This document shows positions 1-9,832 of a stretch of DNA of 64,000 nucleotides, piece after piece. The notes beneath the pieces were generated by a model, which saw only the letters and a program-made list of their open reading frames with translations, searched no databases and was not told the origin of the DNA. The DNA is from a virus (lineage: Duplodnaviria > Caudoviricetes): positions 1-64,000 of IMG/VR virus record IMGVR_UViG_3300006201_000008. One strand, given 5' to 3'. Each line of letters begins with the position of its first letter. The first letter of the stretch is position 1. Made by a program: the position numbers and the translations under genes.

Positions 1-1
1 T

Positions 2-201
2 CAAGACAAAGAAGACTCGGAGAATTACATTTATGTGTCGGACTTATTGAATGTAGAACATGATGAAGAATTTGCCAAGTCAATAGGAGATGCTATGGAG
101 CCGTTTGAGGATATGGTGATTGATTATATCAAAGAAAAGATTGCTTATTATGATGAAATGTTAGATAAATTTCAGGAGGAGAAATTAAATGGCAAAGTAT
201 A
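2..201 (+). CDS. 3' end of hypothetical phage protein (partial)
   Basis: Open frame from the window edge (QDKEDSENYIY...EEKLNGKV*), overlapping the next start. Confidence 0.55.
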
Positions 202-485
202 GAAGAAAATTAAAAGAAATCGAAGCATTTCAGTATGATGGAGATTTTATGAATAGTAATGGAGAGTATTATGTTCCTGAATGAGCGGTAGAGGCATTAA
301 AAAATGGAATATTATATTATGATTCACAGAATGAAAATGAACCACCTTCAACATTATTTATTTCTCATCCAAATGGTTTCGTGTTGGATATAAAAGTTGG
401 TTATTACATTATTAGGCAATCAGATGGAATTATTTCTGCTTGTACTGAAAGCTATCTAAATGAACAGTATGAAATCATTGAGTAA
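189..485 (+). pseudogene. Small phage protein (MAKYRRK...EAFQYDG type) with internal TGA
   Basis: RBS AGGAGG, ATG at 189; in-frame TGA at 282-284 in YVPE*AVEA, where Trp is plausible; frame continues to TAA at 485. Confidence 0.6.
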
Positions 486-527
486 GGCAATAGAACGCTC
501 GTTTCAAGACTTAAGAGGAGGAAAAGA

Positions 528-791
528 ATGTATATAGATGTAGAATTAGATAGATATACAAAAAATTTTTATGTGATTATTTATAGAAATGATTTCGCTG
601 AAAGAATTACAGCAAAAAATATGAGTATAGTAGCAGGACATATTAGAAATATTTTAATGGCAAAAGAAGAAATTCTATATATAGATAATAAAGGTTTTGG
701 AAAATGTCTTACAGACTGTCTTGATAAAATTGGGGTGCCATATGAAGTCTTAAAAAATGTGAGTCTTAATTTAGTTCAGAATGGAGAATAA
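528..791 (+). CDS. hypothetical phage protein
   Basis: 87-aa ORF with GAGGAGG RBS. Confidence 0.7.
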   Translation: MYIDVELDRYTKNFYVIIYRNDFAERITAKNMSIVAGHIRNILMAKEEILYIDNKGFGKCLTDCLDKIGVPYEVLKNVSLNLVQNGE

Positions 792-1122
792 GACTATGAT
801 AATGATTAACGGAAACTGGGAGCAAGTAAAAGATTTATCAGATGTTCTCAGAATTGTATCTGAAAATATTGGTAGTGAATTTGCTAAGAAAGTAGAAGAG
901 ATATGTGAAGAGCCAAGTGAAGAATTATATGCAGCATATCAGAAGCTAGAAAGTGAGAAAGAAGAATTAGAATATGAATATAAAGACTATGATGAAATAT
1001 CTGAAAGTTTAGATTATTTGAATGAACAAATAGATAAACTGGAGAAATATATAGATAAGAATACTGATGGTACTGATTTTATGGAAGGTATGAGAAAGGC
1101 ATTTGAAATGATTGAGAGGTGA
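781..1122 (+). CDS. hypothetical coiled-coil phage protein
   Basis: 113-aa acidic ORF overlapping its neighbours. Confidence 0.7.
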   Translation: MENKTMIMINGNWEQVKDLSDVLRIVSENIGSEFAKKVEEICEEPSEELYAAYQKLESEKEELEYEYKDYDEISESLDYLNEQIDKLEKYIDKNTDGTDFMEGMRKAFEMIER

Positions 1123-1535
1123 AAATAATGTTATGGTCATGGAATGAAACAGCTGATGAAAATTGGACGCATGGTACATTTGATACAAAAAAAGAAGCAA
1201 TACAGGATGCTTTAGGATGTAGAGAATGGATTGAAAGAAGTTTATCTACAGATAATCCAATAATTTATGTTGGCAAATGTGAACTGGTTCGACTGAGAAC
1301 CGATCCTGATCCAAATAGAATCATGGAGGAGTTAAATGAATCATATTGTGACGACTCTGGTTGTGATACATATATTTATGATGGTGTAACAGACGAAGAT
1401 AGAAAATGGTTGGGTAACAAGTTATCAGAGTTGATGTTTGAATTTCATCAGAAGATTGGTTTGAATCCTATATGGTTTAAAGTTGTTTCTATGGAAGAGG
1501 TTAATTTGAATAACTATGAAAAGAGGTTAGAATAA
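1119..1535 (+). CDS. hypothetical phage protein
   Basis: 138-aa ORF, GTGA start/stop overlap with RBS. Confidence 0.7.
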   Translation: MKIMLWSWNETADENWTHGTFDTKKEAIQDALGCREWIERSLSTDNPIIYVGKCELVRLRTDPDPNRIMEELNESYCDDSGCDTYIYDGVTDEDRKWLGNKLSELMFEFHQKIGLNPIWFKVVSMEEVNLNNYEKRLE

Positions 1536-1970
1536 AGATATGATTAAACAAAAAGGATTTAAAAATTATTTATCTGATGATTCAAGTTTGACAGAGAAAA
1601 TTACTTATGAAGAATTTAAAAATAGTCAAAAAACAACAGAACAGATAAATGATACTGTTGACGAAGTTTATAATTGCTATCATAAGGTTTTAGAAAATTT
1701 AAAAAACAAATAAAAATTAAAATAACTATGCATTTATTGGTGAAAAGGGGCATTAGATGAGTAGAATTATCACATACGAAAAATGTGACAAGTGCGAAAA
1801 AGAATACAAAAACATTTATATAAGTTTTGGACACCCAGATCAAGATTTTGAATGGAAATGGAAATGTGAATGCGGTTTTGAAAATAAAAGGATTATAGAG
1901 AAACTTCCAATGAATAGTTTATTAAGATTTTAAAATATATAATTTGATTTCAAGTGGAGATTAAATAGAA

Positions 1971-2375
1971 ATGAAAAAAAGAATAAAGGAAATTTGTGAA
2001 ATATTAGATGTAGATATTTATTGTGGGAATTGTAACTTTTTAGAGAATGAAGATGATGATAATATCCCTACATTTTATAGTAGAGATGAATGCCGTTCAA
2101 TTTTGTTTAGAGAATTGCTTAGATGGTATTTACCAAAGTTGGGTAGTTGGCAAGATGAACCAGATTGCAATGATTGTGATTGTAAAAAATGTAATAATTT
2201 TACGAAAATGGAAGAATGTAAAGAAAAGGTTATTGATAAAAAGATAAAAGAAAATCATTATTCTTTATTTTTAGAGCTAGTAGATATTTATGCTTATTAT
2301 ACTCAACAAGATCATGTTAAATATAAAGAATTAAAAGATAAATTTAAATGTTTATTAGAGGAAGTCATGCAATAG
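1971..2375 (+). CDS. hypothetical Cys-rich protein
   Basis: 134-aa ORF with CxxC motifs. Confidence 0.65.
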   Translation: MKKRIKEICEILDVDIYCGNCNFLENEDDDNIPTFYSRDECRSILFRELLRWYLPKLGSWQDEPDCNDCDCKKCNNFTKMEECKEKVIDKKIKENHYSLFLELVDIYAYYTQQDHVKYKELKDKFKCLLEEVMQ

Positions 2376-2409
2376 AATTGCGAGGTTTAATGAATGAAAG
2401 GGAATTAAT

Positions 2410-2697
2410 ATGGAATTAAAAGGGCAAGTTATTTTAGATGAAGATACAATGAATAATTTAAAGAAACAAATTAGAAGAGAAGTTATCGATGAAATAAAAG
2501 AAAATGGCAATTATTCATTTGAAATAGAAAAATATATGAAAAACTGCGATTTTGAATCTTATATAAGAATGATAGAAAATACAATCCAGCAAGTTATTGA
2601 AAATTCTTATAAAAATGACATATATGTTGAACATGATCAATCTGATCGAAAAGGATGGAATAGAATTATTGCTATTAAAAAGTTGCTTGATATTTAA
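2410..2697 (+). CDS. hypothetical phage protein
   Basis: 95-aa ORF with RBS. Confidence 0.65.
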   Translation: MELKGQVILDEDTMNNLKKQIRREVIDEIKENGNYSFEIEKYMKNCDFESYIRMIENTIQQVIENSYKNDIYVEHDQSDRKGWNRIIAIKKLLDI

Positions 2698-2735
2698 TAC
2701 CATTTAAATGTGTGTTTCAAGGAAGGAGAATGTGA

Positions 2736-4682
2736 TTGGATAAAATAAAAAGAGTAAAAGAATTAAATGAACAACTACAAAAAGCATCATATGCATATTA
2801 TGGACAAGATAATCCTATTATGAGCGATAAAGAATATGATGACCTATATAATGAATTATCTAATCTTGAAAAAGAAACAGGGTGTATATTAGCTGGTTCA
2901 CCAACACAAAAAGTCCAAGGATATGTTCTTGAAGGATTCAAAAAAGTTGAACATTCAAAGCCGATGCTTAGTGCAGATAAAACAAAAGATATTAATGAAA
3001 TTAAGAAATTTATTAACAATGAAGATTTTTATTGTTCTTATAAATTAGATGGACTAACATTGGTTGTTAAGTATATAGATGGAAAGTTCACACAAGGAAT
3101 CACTAGAGGAAATGGATTGGTTGGGGAAGATGTAACTGAACAATGTAGATTTATTAAAAATCTGCCTATGCAAATATCTAATAAAAATCCTATTGAACTA
3201 CGTGGAGAGTGTGTTATTAGTTGGGAAGAATTTAGAAGAACAAATAGAAAGTTAGATACACCATTTTCCAATCCTCGTAATTTAGCTGCTGGCACACTTA
3301 GAAATTTGGATTTGAATGTTGTAAAAGAAAGAGATTTATCGTTTGTTGTATTTGAAATGGTTCATCCTTCTTTTACCTATAAATGGGATGGACTAAAAGT
3401 ATTAGAAGAATTAGGGTTTGAATGTGTTGGGAGAGCAGAAGGAAGAATTGAAGATTGTATTGAAGGAATGCAACCTGAATTTTATAAATATCCAACAGAT
3501 GGTTTGATTTTTGAAATCAATAGTTCTGAGTTATCAAAGTCTTTGGGAAGTACGGCTCATCATGAATGTTGTCGTATGGCATTAAAATGGGAAGACGAAT
3601 TATATGACACTATCTTAAGAAATATTGAGTGGAATACTTCTAAGACAGGACTAATAAATCCAGTAGCAGTATTTGAGCCTGTAGATCTTGATGGAGCCAT
3701 TATCACAAGGGCAACATTACATAATGTTTCTTATATAGAAAATTTACAATTAGGCATTGGTGATACGATTCAAGTATATCGTGCAAATATGGTAATTCCA
3801 AAAGTTCATAGCAACCTTACAATGAGTAATACATGGAAGTTGCCAGATAAATGTCCTTGCTGTGGTGGAAATGTAAAAATACATAATGAGAATGGTAGTA
3901 AAACACTATATTGCACGAATTCTAATTGTAAAGCGAAGTTGTTGGGAAAACTTGTTCAATTTGTAAGCAAAAATGCAATCAATATTGACGGATTATCTGA
4001 GCAGACATTACAGAAATTCATTGATTTAGGATGGTTATATTCATTTAGAGATATTTATTATTTATCAGAGCATAAAGAAGATATGTACAAACTTGATAGT
4101 TTTGGTAAGAAATCAGTAGATAAGCTGTTAGAGAGTATTGAGAAAAGCAGAAATACTACATTGGATAGATTCATTTATGGATTATGTATTCCTTTGATTG
4201 GCAGAACAGCGAGTAAACAACTATCATTATATTGTAGAAAAGTTGCCATTAAAAATATGTGGGATGATATATACACATTATATAATTATGGACCATTCTA
4301 CCATTCCGAACTTGACGGATTTGGTGAAATAATGTGTAACTCATTAAATGAATTCATATCTGAAAATAAAAATATGATTATTGATTTATCTCAAGAATTT
4401 AGTATTGAAAAACCCAATAATACCAAAATATCATCCGAGAAAAAGAAACTGAAGAATAAAATTTTTGTGATTACTGGTAACTTAAATCATTATAAAAATC
4501 GTGATGAACTTGTTTCAATTATTGAAGAATTTGGTGGTGAGGTAGGTTGGTCTGTTAGTACTAAGACAAATTATCTTATAAACAATGATGCACAAAGTAA
4601 TTCATCAAAAAACAAGAACGCACATATATTAGGAGTCCCAATTATAAATGAAAATGAATTTATTCAAATGATCACATCTTAA
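2736..4682 (+). CDS. ligA: NAD-dependent DNA ligase
   Basis: YY..D.P.MSD.EYD.L, KLDG adenylation motif, TRGNG..GED, NPRNLAAG, Zn finger, HhH motifs, C-terminal BRCT (FVITG). Confidence 0.97.
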   Translation: MDKIKRVKELNEQLQKASYAYYGQDNPIMSDKEYDDLYNELSNLEKETGCILAGSPTQKVQGYVLEGFKKVEHSKPMLSADKTKDINEIKKFINNEDFYCSYKLDGLTLVVKYIDGKFTQGITRGNGLVGEDVTEQCRFIKNLPMQISNKNPIELRGECVISWEEFRRTNRKLDTPFSNPRNLAAGTLRNLDLNVVKERDLSFVVFEMVHPSFTYKWDGLKVLEELGFECVGRAEGRIEDCIEGMQPEFYKYPTDGLIFEINSSELSKSLGSTAHHECCRMALKWEDELYDTILRNIEWNTSKTGLINPVAVFEPVDLDGAIITRATLHNVSYIENLQLGIGDTIQVYRANMVIPKVHSNLTMSNTWKLPDKCPCCGGNVKIHNENGSKTLYCTNSNCKAKLLGKLVQFVSKNAINIDGLSEQTLQKFIDLGWLYSFRDIYYLSEHKEDMYKLDSFGKKSVDKLLESIEKSRNTTLDRFIYGLCIPLIGRTASKQLSLYCRKVAIKNMWDDIYTLYNYGPFYHSELDGFGEIMCNSLNEFISENKNMIIDLSQEFSIEKPNNTKISSEKKKLKNKIFVITGNLNHYKNRDELVSIIEEFGGEVGWSVSTKTNYLINNDAQSNSSKNKNAHILGVPIINENEFIQMITS

Positions 4683-4733
4683 ATAAAGAAATATTATACA
4701 TCTCGAAAACCCATATTCATGAAGGAGTAGAAA

Positions 4734-4991
4734 ATGATCAATGAAATAAATGTTAAAAATCCTAAAATGAGAATACATATTGGTACACCAGAATTTGCAA
4801 ATAAATTGTGTGAAATATGTTCTCCATACACGAAAGAATTTGATATTGACATTGTTAGCGGAAGATGTGTTTTAGATGCATCAAGTATACTTGGTATTCT
4901 ATCTATGCTTGGAAATGATGTAAATATTGTCCCTCATACAAATAATAAATCTTTAATTAATGAGTTATTTGAAAATATTGCATTAATATAA
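4734..4991 (+). CDS. HPr-like protein
   Basis: 85 aa; LDASSILGILSM resembles the HPr Ser46 region (DAKSILG). Confidence 0.6.
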   Translation: MINEINVKNPKMRIHIGTPEFANKLCEICSPYTKEFDIDIVSGRCVLDASSILGILSMLGNDVNIVPHTNNKSLINELFENIALI

Positions 4992-5010
4992 ATTAAAAGG
5001 AGATAATTAT

Positions 5011-5316
5011 TTGAAAGCTACATATTTTAAAGAACCAGTTGAAATAGATACAAGTAATTTTGAATATACTGATGACATTTATCAAAAAGCATATGATTTA
5101 ACAAAAGAATATTTTCATAAATATTGTTTTGAAGGATTCATGGGAGTAAAAATTGTAGGAAATTATATGTATGTAAAAGGTGGTGATAATGGATTTCCGC
5201 ACACAAGAAGTCATGTAAAGATTGATTTGCGAAATAATAAAATTATAGAAACTTTTGGCGCACACGATTGTCCTGTTGAAGTAGGAGAGGAATTTAGTGG
5301 ATTAAATATAGATTAA
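5011..5316 (+). CDS. hypothetical phage protein
   Basis: 101-aa ORF, AAGGAG RBS, TTG start. Confidence 0.65.
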   Translation: MKATYFKEPVEIDTSNFEYTDDIYQKAYDLTKEYFHKYCFEGFMGVKIVGNYMYVKGGDNGFPHTRSHVKIDLRNNKIIETFGAHDCPVEVGEEFSGLNID

Positions 5317-5423
5317 CTTTAAAAATAATAATTCAATAAAAGTGTTATTTCAAGGTTTATCGAAGACATGAAGAAATTTGAAGTATAACAAACAAATATA
5401 AAAGAAAAAGGAGAAAAGGGAGA

Positions 5424-6131
5424 ATGAGAATTATTGAACCTAGCTATGAAATTTTAACAGAGATTTCCGAGGGTGGAATCAAGGAATTACAGCTTATTGA
5501 GAAGATTGGGCGTGTATGCTACAAGTCGGAAGACAAGATTACAGAAGATGGAGAATCTGCTAAGAAGTTTGTACAAATGCTGATTGGCAGAGGTCATGAG
5601 GCAATGATTGAACATTCAACATTGTCGGTTAAATTTACGGTGGATCGTGGTGTATCACATGAACTGGTAAGACACAGAATTGCTTCTTTTGCACAGGAGA
5701 GTACAAGGTACTGTAACTATTCAAAGGATAAGTTTGATAATGGCATCACATTCATTAAGCCTGGCTGGTGTGAAGAAAATATCAATGGTACATATAAAAT
5801 TTATTGGGAAGGACTATATGGTGAATCCGACAGATGTGTACCACAGGATCAAGCAACAAATATATGGTTTTGGCATATGGCAAGAGCAGAAATGGATTAT
5901 TTAAAACTAATTGAGAATGGTTGGACTCCACAGGAAGCACGCTCTGTATTGCCTAACAGTACTAAAACCGAAATCACAATTACTGCTAATTACAGAGAGT
6001 GGCGTGCGTTTTTTAAACTGAGAACCGCAAAGGCAGCACATCCATCCATGCAAGAGATTACAAGACCGTTATTGAAAGAATTAAAGACAAAATTACCTAT
6101 TATTTTTGATGACATTGAAGTAGAGGAGTGA
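5424..6131 (+). CDS. thyX: FAD-dependent thymidylate synthase
   Basis: GH.AMIEH, RGVSHELVRHRIASFAQESTRY, EARSVLP motifs. Confidence 0.96.
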   Translation: MRIIEPSYEILTEISEGGIKELQLIEKIGRVCYKSEDKITEDGESAKKFVQMLIGRGHEAMIEHSTLSVKFTVDRGVSHELVRHRIASFAQESTRYCNYSKDKFDNGITFIKPGWCEENINGTYKIYWEGLYGESDRCVPQDQATNIWFWHMARAEMDYLKLIENGWTPQEARSVLPNSTKTEITITANYREWRAFFKLRTAKAAHPSMQEITRPLLKELKTKLPIIFDDIEVEE

Positions 6132-6138
6132 TTATTTA

Positions 6139-6641
6139 ATTAGTAGAAGAAAGAATAAATATATTGAACTTGAAAACGAATATCTAATAGAATTGTATTT
6201 TCCAAATAGTAATGAAATTGAAGACTATGCTCATATTTCTAAGATTGACTATGAGAAATGTAAAGAAGTGTACTGGAAGAAAAGTGAGTATGGATATGCT
6301 CGTGGATATTTTAATAAAATGGCAGTATTGCTACACAAATTTATTACTAATACAGACGATACAATTCTAATAGATCACATAGATAGAAATAAATTGAATT
6401 GTACAAGGAATAATCTAAGATTTGCAGATAAAAGCATAAACAGCTTAAATAGAGATTTACAATCAAATTCAACTACTGGCTATAAAGGAGTTTCTTTAGA
6501 TAAAAGAAGAAATAAAATAGAGCCTATTTAAAGAAAAATGGTAAACAAATATAGTTGGGATATCATGATACATTAGAAGAAGCTGTGCTTGCTAGGCGAA
6601 ATGGATTTGAAAAAATATATGGTAAAGATATTTATATTTGA
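6139..6641 (+). pseudogene. HNH-AP2 homing endonuclease, frameshifted
   Basis: IDHIDRNKLNCTRNNLR (HNH) and TGYKGVS; frameshift near 6520, then AP2-like QI*LGYHDTLEEAVLAR with TAG at 6552. Confidence 0.8.
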
Positions 6642-6661
6642 AGTGGAGGAATAAGCATACA

Positions 6662-6758
6662 TATGATTATTGTTTTGCTTGGGGCTTCTGGATCAGGGAA
6701 GTCCACAATTGAAAATGAACTGGCTACACATCACGGCTTTGAAAAGATTATTTCATAG
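6662..6758 (+). pseudogene. N-terminal fragment of a guanylate-kinase-like P-loop protein
   Basis: RBS, then MIIVLLGASGSGKSTIENEL..., stopping after about 31 codons. Confidence 0.6.
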
Positions 6759-6775
6759 GAGGTAGAACTATATTT

Positions 6776-7303
6776 TTGGACAAGCGAATTTTTATTATTA
6801 ATGGTTCTGGAGGAGTTGGCAAAGACACATTTGTAGAATTAGTTTCTACAGAATTAAATGATATGCTTAAAAAATTTCATACAGTAATCAATTTTTCTTC
6901 AGTAGATAGAGTAAAGGAGATTGCTAGAGAAATAGGGTGGGAAGGTGAAAAATTAGAAAAAGATAGAAAATTCTTATCAGATTTAAAAATTCTAACAAGT
7001 GAATATTGTGATATGCCATTTGAAAGTATGAAAAATAAAGTAACTGAATTTATAAAAGATGAAGAAAGTAAATTCTTATTCTTACATATTAGAGAACCAG
7101 AAGAAATTACCAGAGCAGTAAAGGAGTTTGGCGCAAAAACAGTATTGATCATTAGAAATTCAGTAAAACATATTACTTCTAATATGGCAGATGAAAATGT
7201 ATTTAATTATAACTATGACTTTGTTATTGACAACAGTGGTACAAAAGAAGAATTGAATAGTAAAGCAAAAGATTTTGTTCAGGAGGTTATAGATAATGAA
7301 TAG
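6776..7303 (+). CDS. P-loop nucleotide kinase-like protein
   Basis: IINGSGGVGKDT Walker A; nucleotide-metabolism context. Confidence 0.75.
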   Translation: MDKRIFIINGSGGVGKDTFVELVSTELNDMLKKFHTVINFSSVDRVKEIAREIGWEGEKLEKDRKFLSDLKILTSEYCDMPFESMKNKVTEFIKDEESKFLFLHIREPEEITRAVKEFGAKTVLIIRNSVKHITSNMADENVFNYNYDFVIDNSGTKEELNSKAKDFVQEVIDNE

Positions 7304-7769
7304 AATAATTTACCTCGCAGGTGCCATGAGTTGTTATTTTAATACGGATCAGCGCGACTATCCTAAAAAATGGAAAGAAGATGCAAAGAAATATGTAAAG
7401 CAACTTTATGAAGATATAACACTTATATCACCAACAGATTTTTATGAGATAGGCAAGAATTATTATAAATCTGGTGCTGAAGTTATGCGATTCGATCTTA
7501 GAATGGTCAGAGAAGCAGATATTGTTCTTGTTAACTTGAAAGATCTACATAGTTCATTAGGAACCAGCGATGAGATTTTATATGCGTTTATCAGTGGTAA
7601 GCCTGTTATTGGGTTTTTAGAAAAAGAAAGTCAAGTGTTAAGTGAGGACGAATATAAAAATATTCATCTGTGGAAAAGAGAACAGATTGATAGATTCGAG
7701 ATTGGTAAAGATTCTATGAAAAGAGCAATAGATTACATTTATAGATATTATGTAGATAGATACAATTAA
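7296..7769 (+). CDS. nucleoside 2-deoxyribosyltransferase-like protein
   Basis: IYLAG, D...V..ADIVLV, S.GT..E...A...GKPV motifs. Confidence 0.85.
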   Translation: MNRIIYLAGAMSCYFNTDQRDYPKKWKEDAKKYVKQLYEDITLISPTDFYEIGKNYYKSGAEVMRFDLRMVREADIVLVNLKDLHSSLGTSDEILYAFISGKPVIGFLEKESQVLSEDEYKNIHLWKREQIDRFEIGKDSMKRAIDYIYRYYVDRYN

Positions 7770-8152
7770 AACGAAAGAAGATATTAGAAATTTTAGAAAT
7801 AATCAGTACAAGCCATGCGTTAGCCAAAGAACTGTTAAACAAGCCAGACGGTTTTATAACAGCTACGCTTGGTGATGAAGAATATGTAATTAGTAATACA
7901 CAAAGAGTTGTCACTCGTGCAAATATTGATGATTCTGTACCATATTGGACATTAAATTTGCGACATGGTGGAAATGGGAATTTGAAGAGGTGAGTAACAT
8001 GACAAATTTGATGAAAAATGAATATCAGTATAACTATAATTTTAAAAAATATGTTGATGAATATTGTAACAGGAACAGATGCACAGTTGATGACGCGTTT
8101 TGTAACGAAGATGTAAAGAGAATGTTTTGGAGATACACAGAAGTATAGTTGA

Positions 8153-8401
8153 TCATGTAATATAATCTTTTACTAACGACCATATATTATCTGATTGTCT
8201 ATATATGATATTTACATCTTTTAAGCAATCATTATCAATTACTTTACATTGAAATTCGATTGTTCCACGGAAGGATGGCTTTAACCGACAAGAATGAACC
8301 TTGAGTGATTCTGAATTAACTCTAATATATAGTGGACGAATATGTCCTTCTGTATCAAATGATGCAATGATAGAAACAGGTTCATAATTTGTAGATGACA
8401 T
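8153..8401 (-). CDS. small SOS-associated protein
   Basis: 82 aa, VSIIASFDTEGHIRPL; AAGGAG RBS; LexA-like box upstream; inverted relative to its neighbours. Confidence 0.65.
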   Translation of the reverse strand: MSSTNYEPVSIIASFDTEGHIRPLYIRVNSESLKVHSCRLKPSFRGTIEFQCKVIDNDCLKDVNIIYRQSDNIWSLVKDYIT

Positions 8402-8441
8402 AATGGTTACTCCTTACTTGTGTGGTATGAAAATATTATAC

Positions 8442-8453
8442 AAACAAATGTTC
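8442..8453. promoter_or_regulatory. LexA/DinR-like SOS box
   Basis: AAACAAATGTTC (minus strand GAACATTTGTTT) next to a minus-strand TATAAT at 8435-8440. Confidence 0.6.
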
Positions 8454-8947
8454 GAAATTTAAAGCGTGTATTTTGATAAAAGGAAGGTGCTGCGAATTAG
8501 TATATGGTTATTATGGCTTCATAGTAAGGTGATATACATAATTTTCGGTGGGATTTTGGTGGGAAAGAAATGCCTGTTTTATTGGGTGAGAAAGTAGGTG
8601 AAATTATTTGAAGATTAATTTATGTGATGGTTTTTGGAAAGTTGAGATTGACTGGAAAGCAATTGTAGGTATTGGATTTATTATTTTGGGATGTGCTTTA
8701 TTTAATATGTGAGAAGGAAGTGAACATTGATAAATGCTACAGAGATAGAGATAAAACCATTTTGGGAAAAATGGTTATGTGCACATAAATATATTGATGG
8801 AGTAAGGACTGTATATGACAATAAATGCAAGAAAAGACATGCTTATATTTGTTTGAAGTGTGGCAATAGAAAATATATAGATTAGGGAAGGAAATTGCTC
8901 TTGCATATCTTAAGTCGATTAATAATCAGTGTAAAAAAAGTAATTAG

Positions 8948-9139
8948 GTGAATAAATTTATGGAAGATTTATACATAGAAATACGAAACAAGCTTTTCAT
9001 GAAAATGAAATTTCTTGATCGCAGCATTAAAGGAATTAAGGGAAGTGCAGAAGAACAGAAAGCAAATATATATAACAAAGGGATTCGGGATGCAATGGAA
9101 GTGCTGGATCAGTATAAAGAAAAACTGAAAAATAAATGA
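8948..9139 (+). CDS. hypothetical protein
   Basis: 63-aa ORF. Confidence 0.5.
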   Translation: MNKFMEDLYIEIRNKLFMKMKFLDRSIKGIKGSAEEQKANIYNKGIRDAMEVLDQYKEKLKNK

Positions 9140-9609
9140 TAATAAGGTTGGTGATACCATGCGCAGAAAATGCAATAAATGCCTATGTCGCACATGCTTA
9201 AATACATAATGTAACCGAAAGAACTGTACAGGGAAAAGAGAATCCTGCGAGGGATACAAAAGGCTTTAAGCAGTCAAGCACTTTTTGATACACCCCAGAA
9301 GTCGCAAAACAATTCAGCCCCAGCATTCACTGTCATATTACGGATTGACATATAAAAGGGTTGAAGAGCTTGAAAAGCTGATACAGTCTGGGAAATATAC
9401 GCGTATGGCTTTGTCTATGGCTCGTACAGTAGGCAATGATTCAGCAGAGTATTATTTACTGAGTATCACAAAAAACACCTGTTTGAAGGCTTAGAAAAGT
9501 TATATGGGCGTGATGAGATTGATAGGATTCCATGCTCACAGACTAGGTTTTATTACACAAAAAATATTTTTACAATTTGTTTGATAATGAGTTAAGGAGG
9601 ATATAGTTA

Positions 9610-9810
9610 TTGGCAGTAATTTTATATTCAACACATTGCCCAAAATGTAATGTGTTAGAGAAAAAGTTAAAACAGAAAAATATATCATATGAAGAAGTAA
9701 ATGATATTGAAATTATGAAAAAAAAAGGATATTTGTCAGCTCCAATTCTTGAAATAGATGGTGTAAATATGGATTTTAAAACCGCTTTTAATTATGTAGA
9801 ATCTTTATAA
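9610..9810 (+). CDS. glutaredoxin/NrdH-like protein
   Basis: CPKC redox motif, AP.L..DG; directly upstream of nrdD. Confidence 0.88.
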   Translation: MAVILYSTHCPKCNVLEKKLKQKNISYEEVNDIEIMKKKGYLSAPILEIDGVNMDFKTAFNYVESL

Positions 9811-9832
9811 AACAATGTTGAAAGGATAATCA

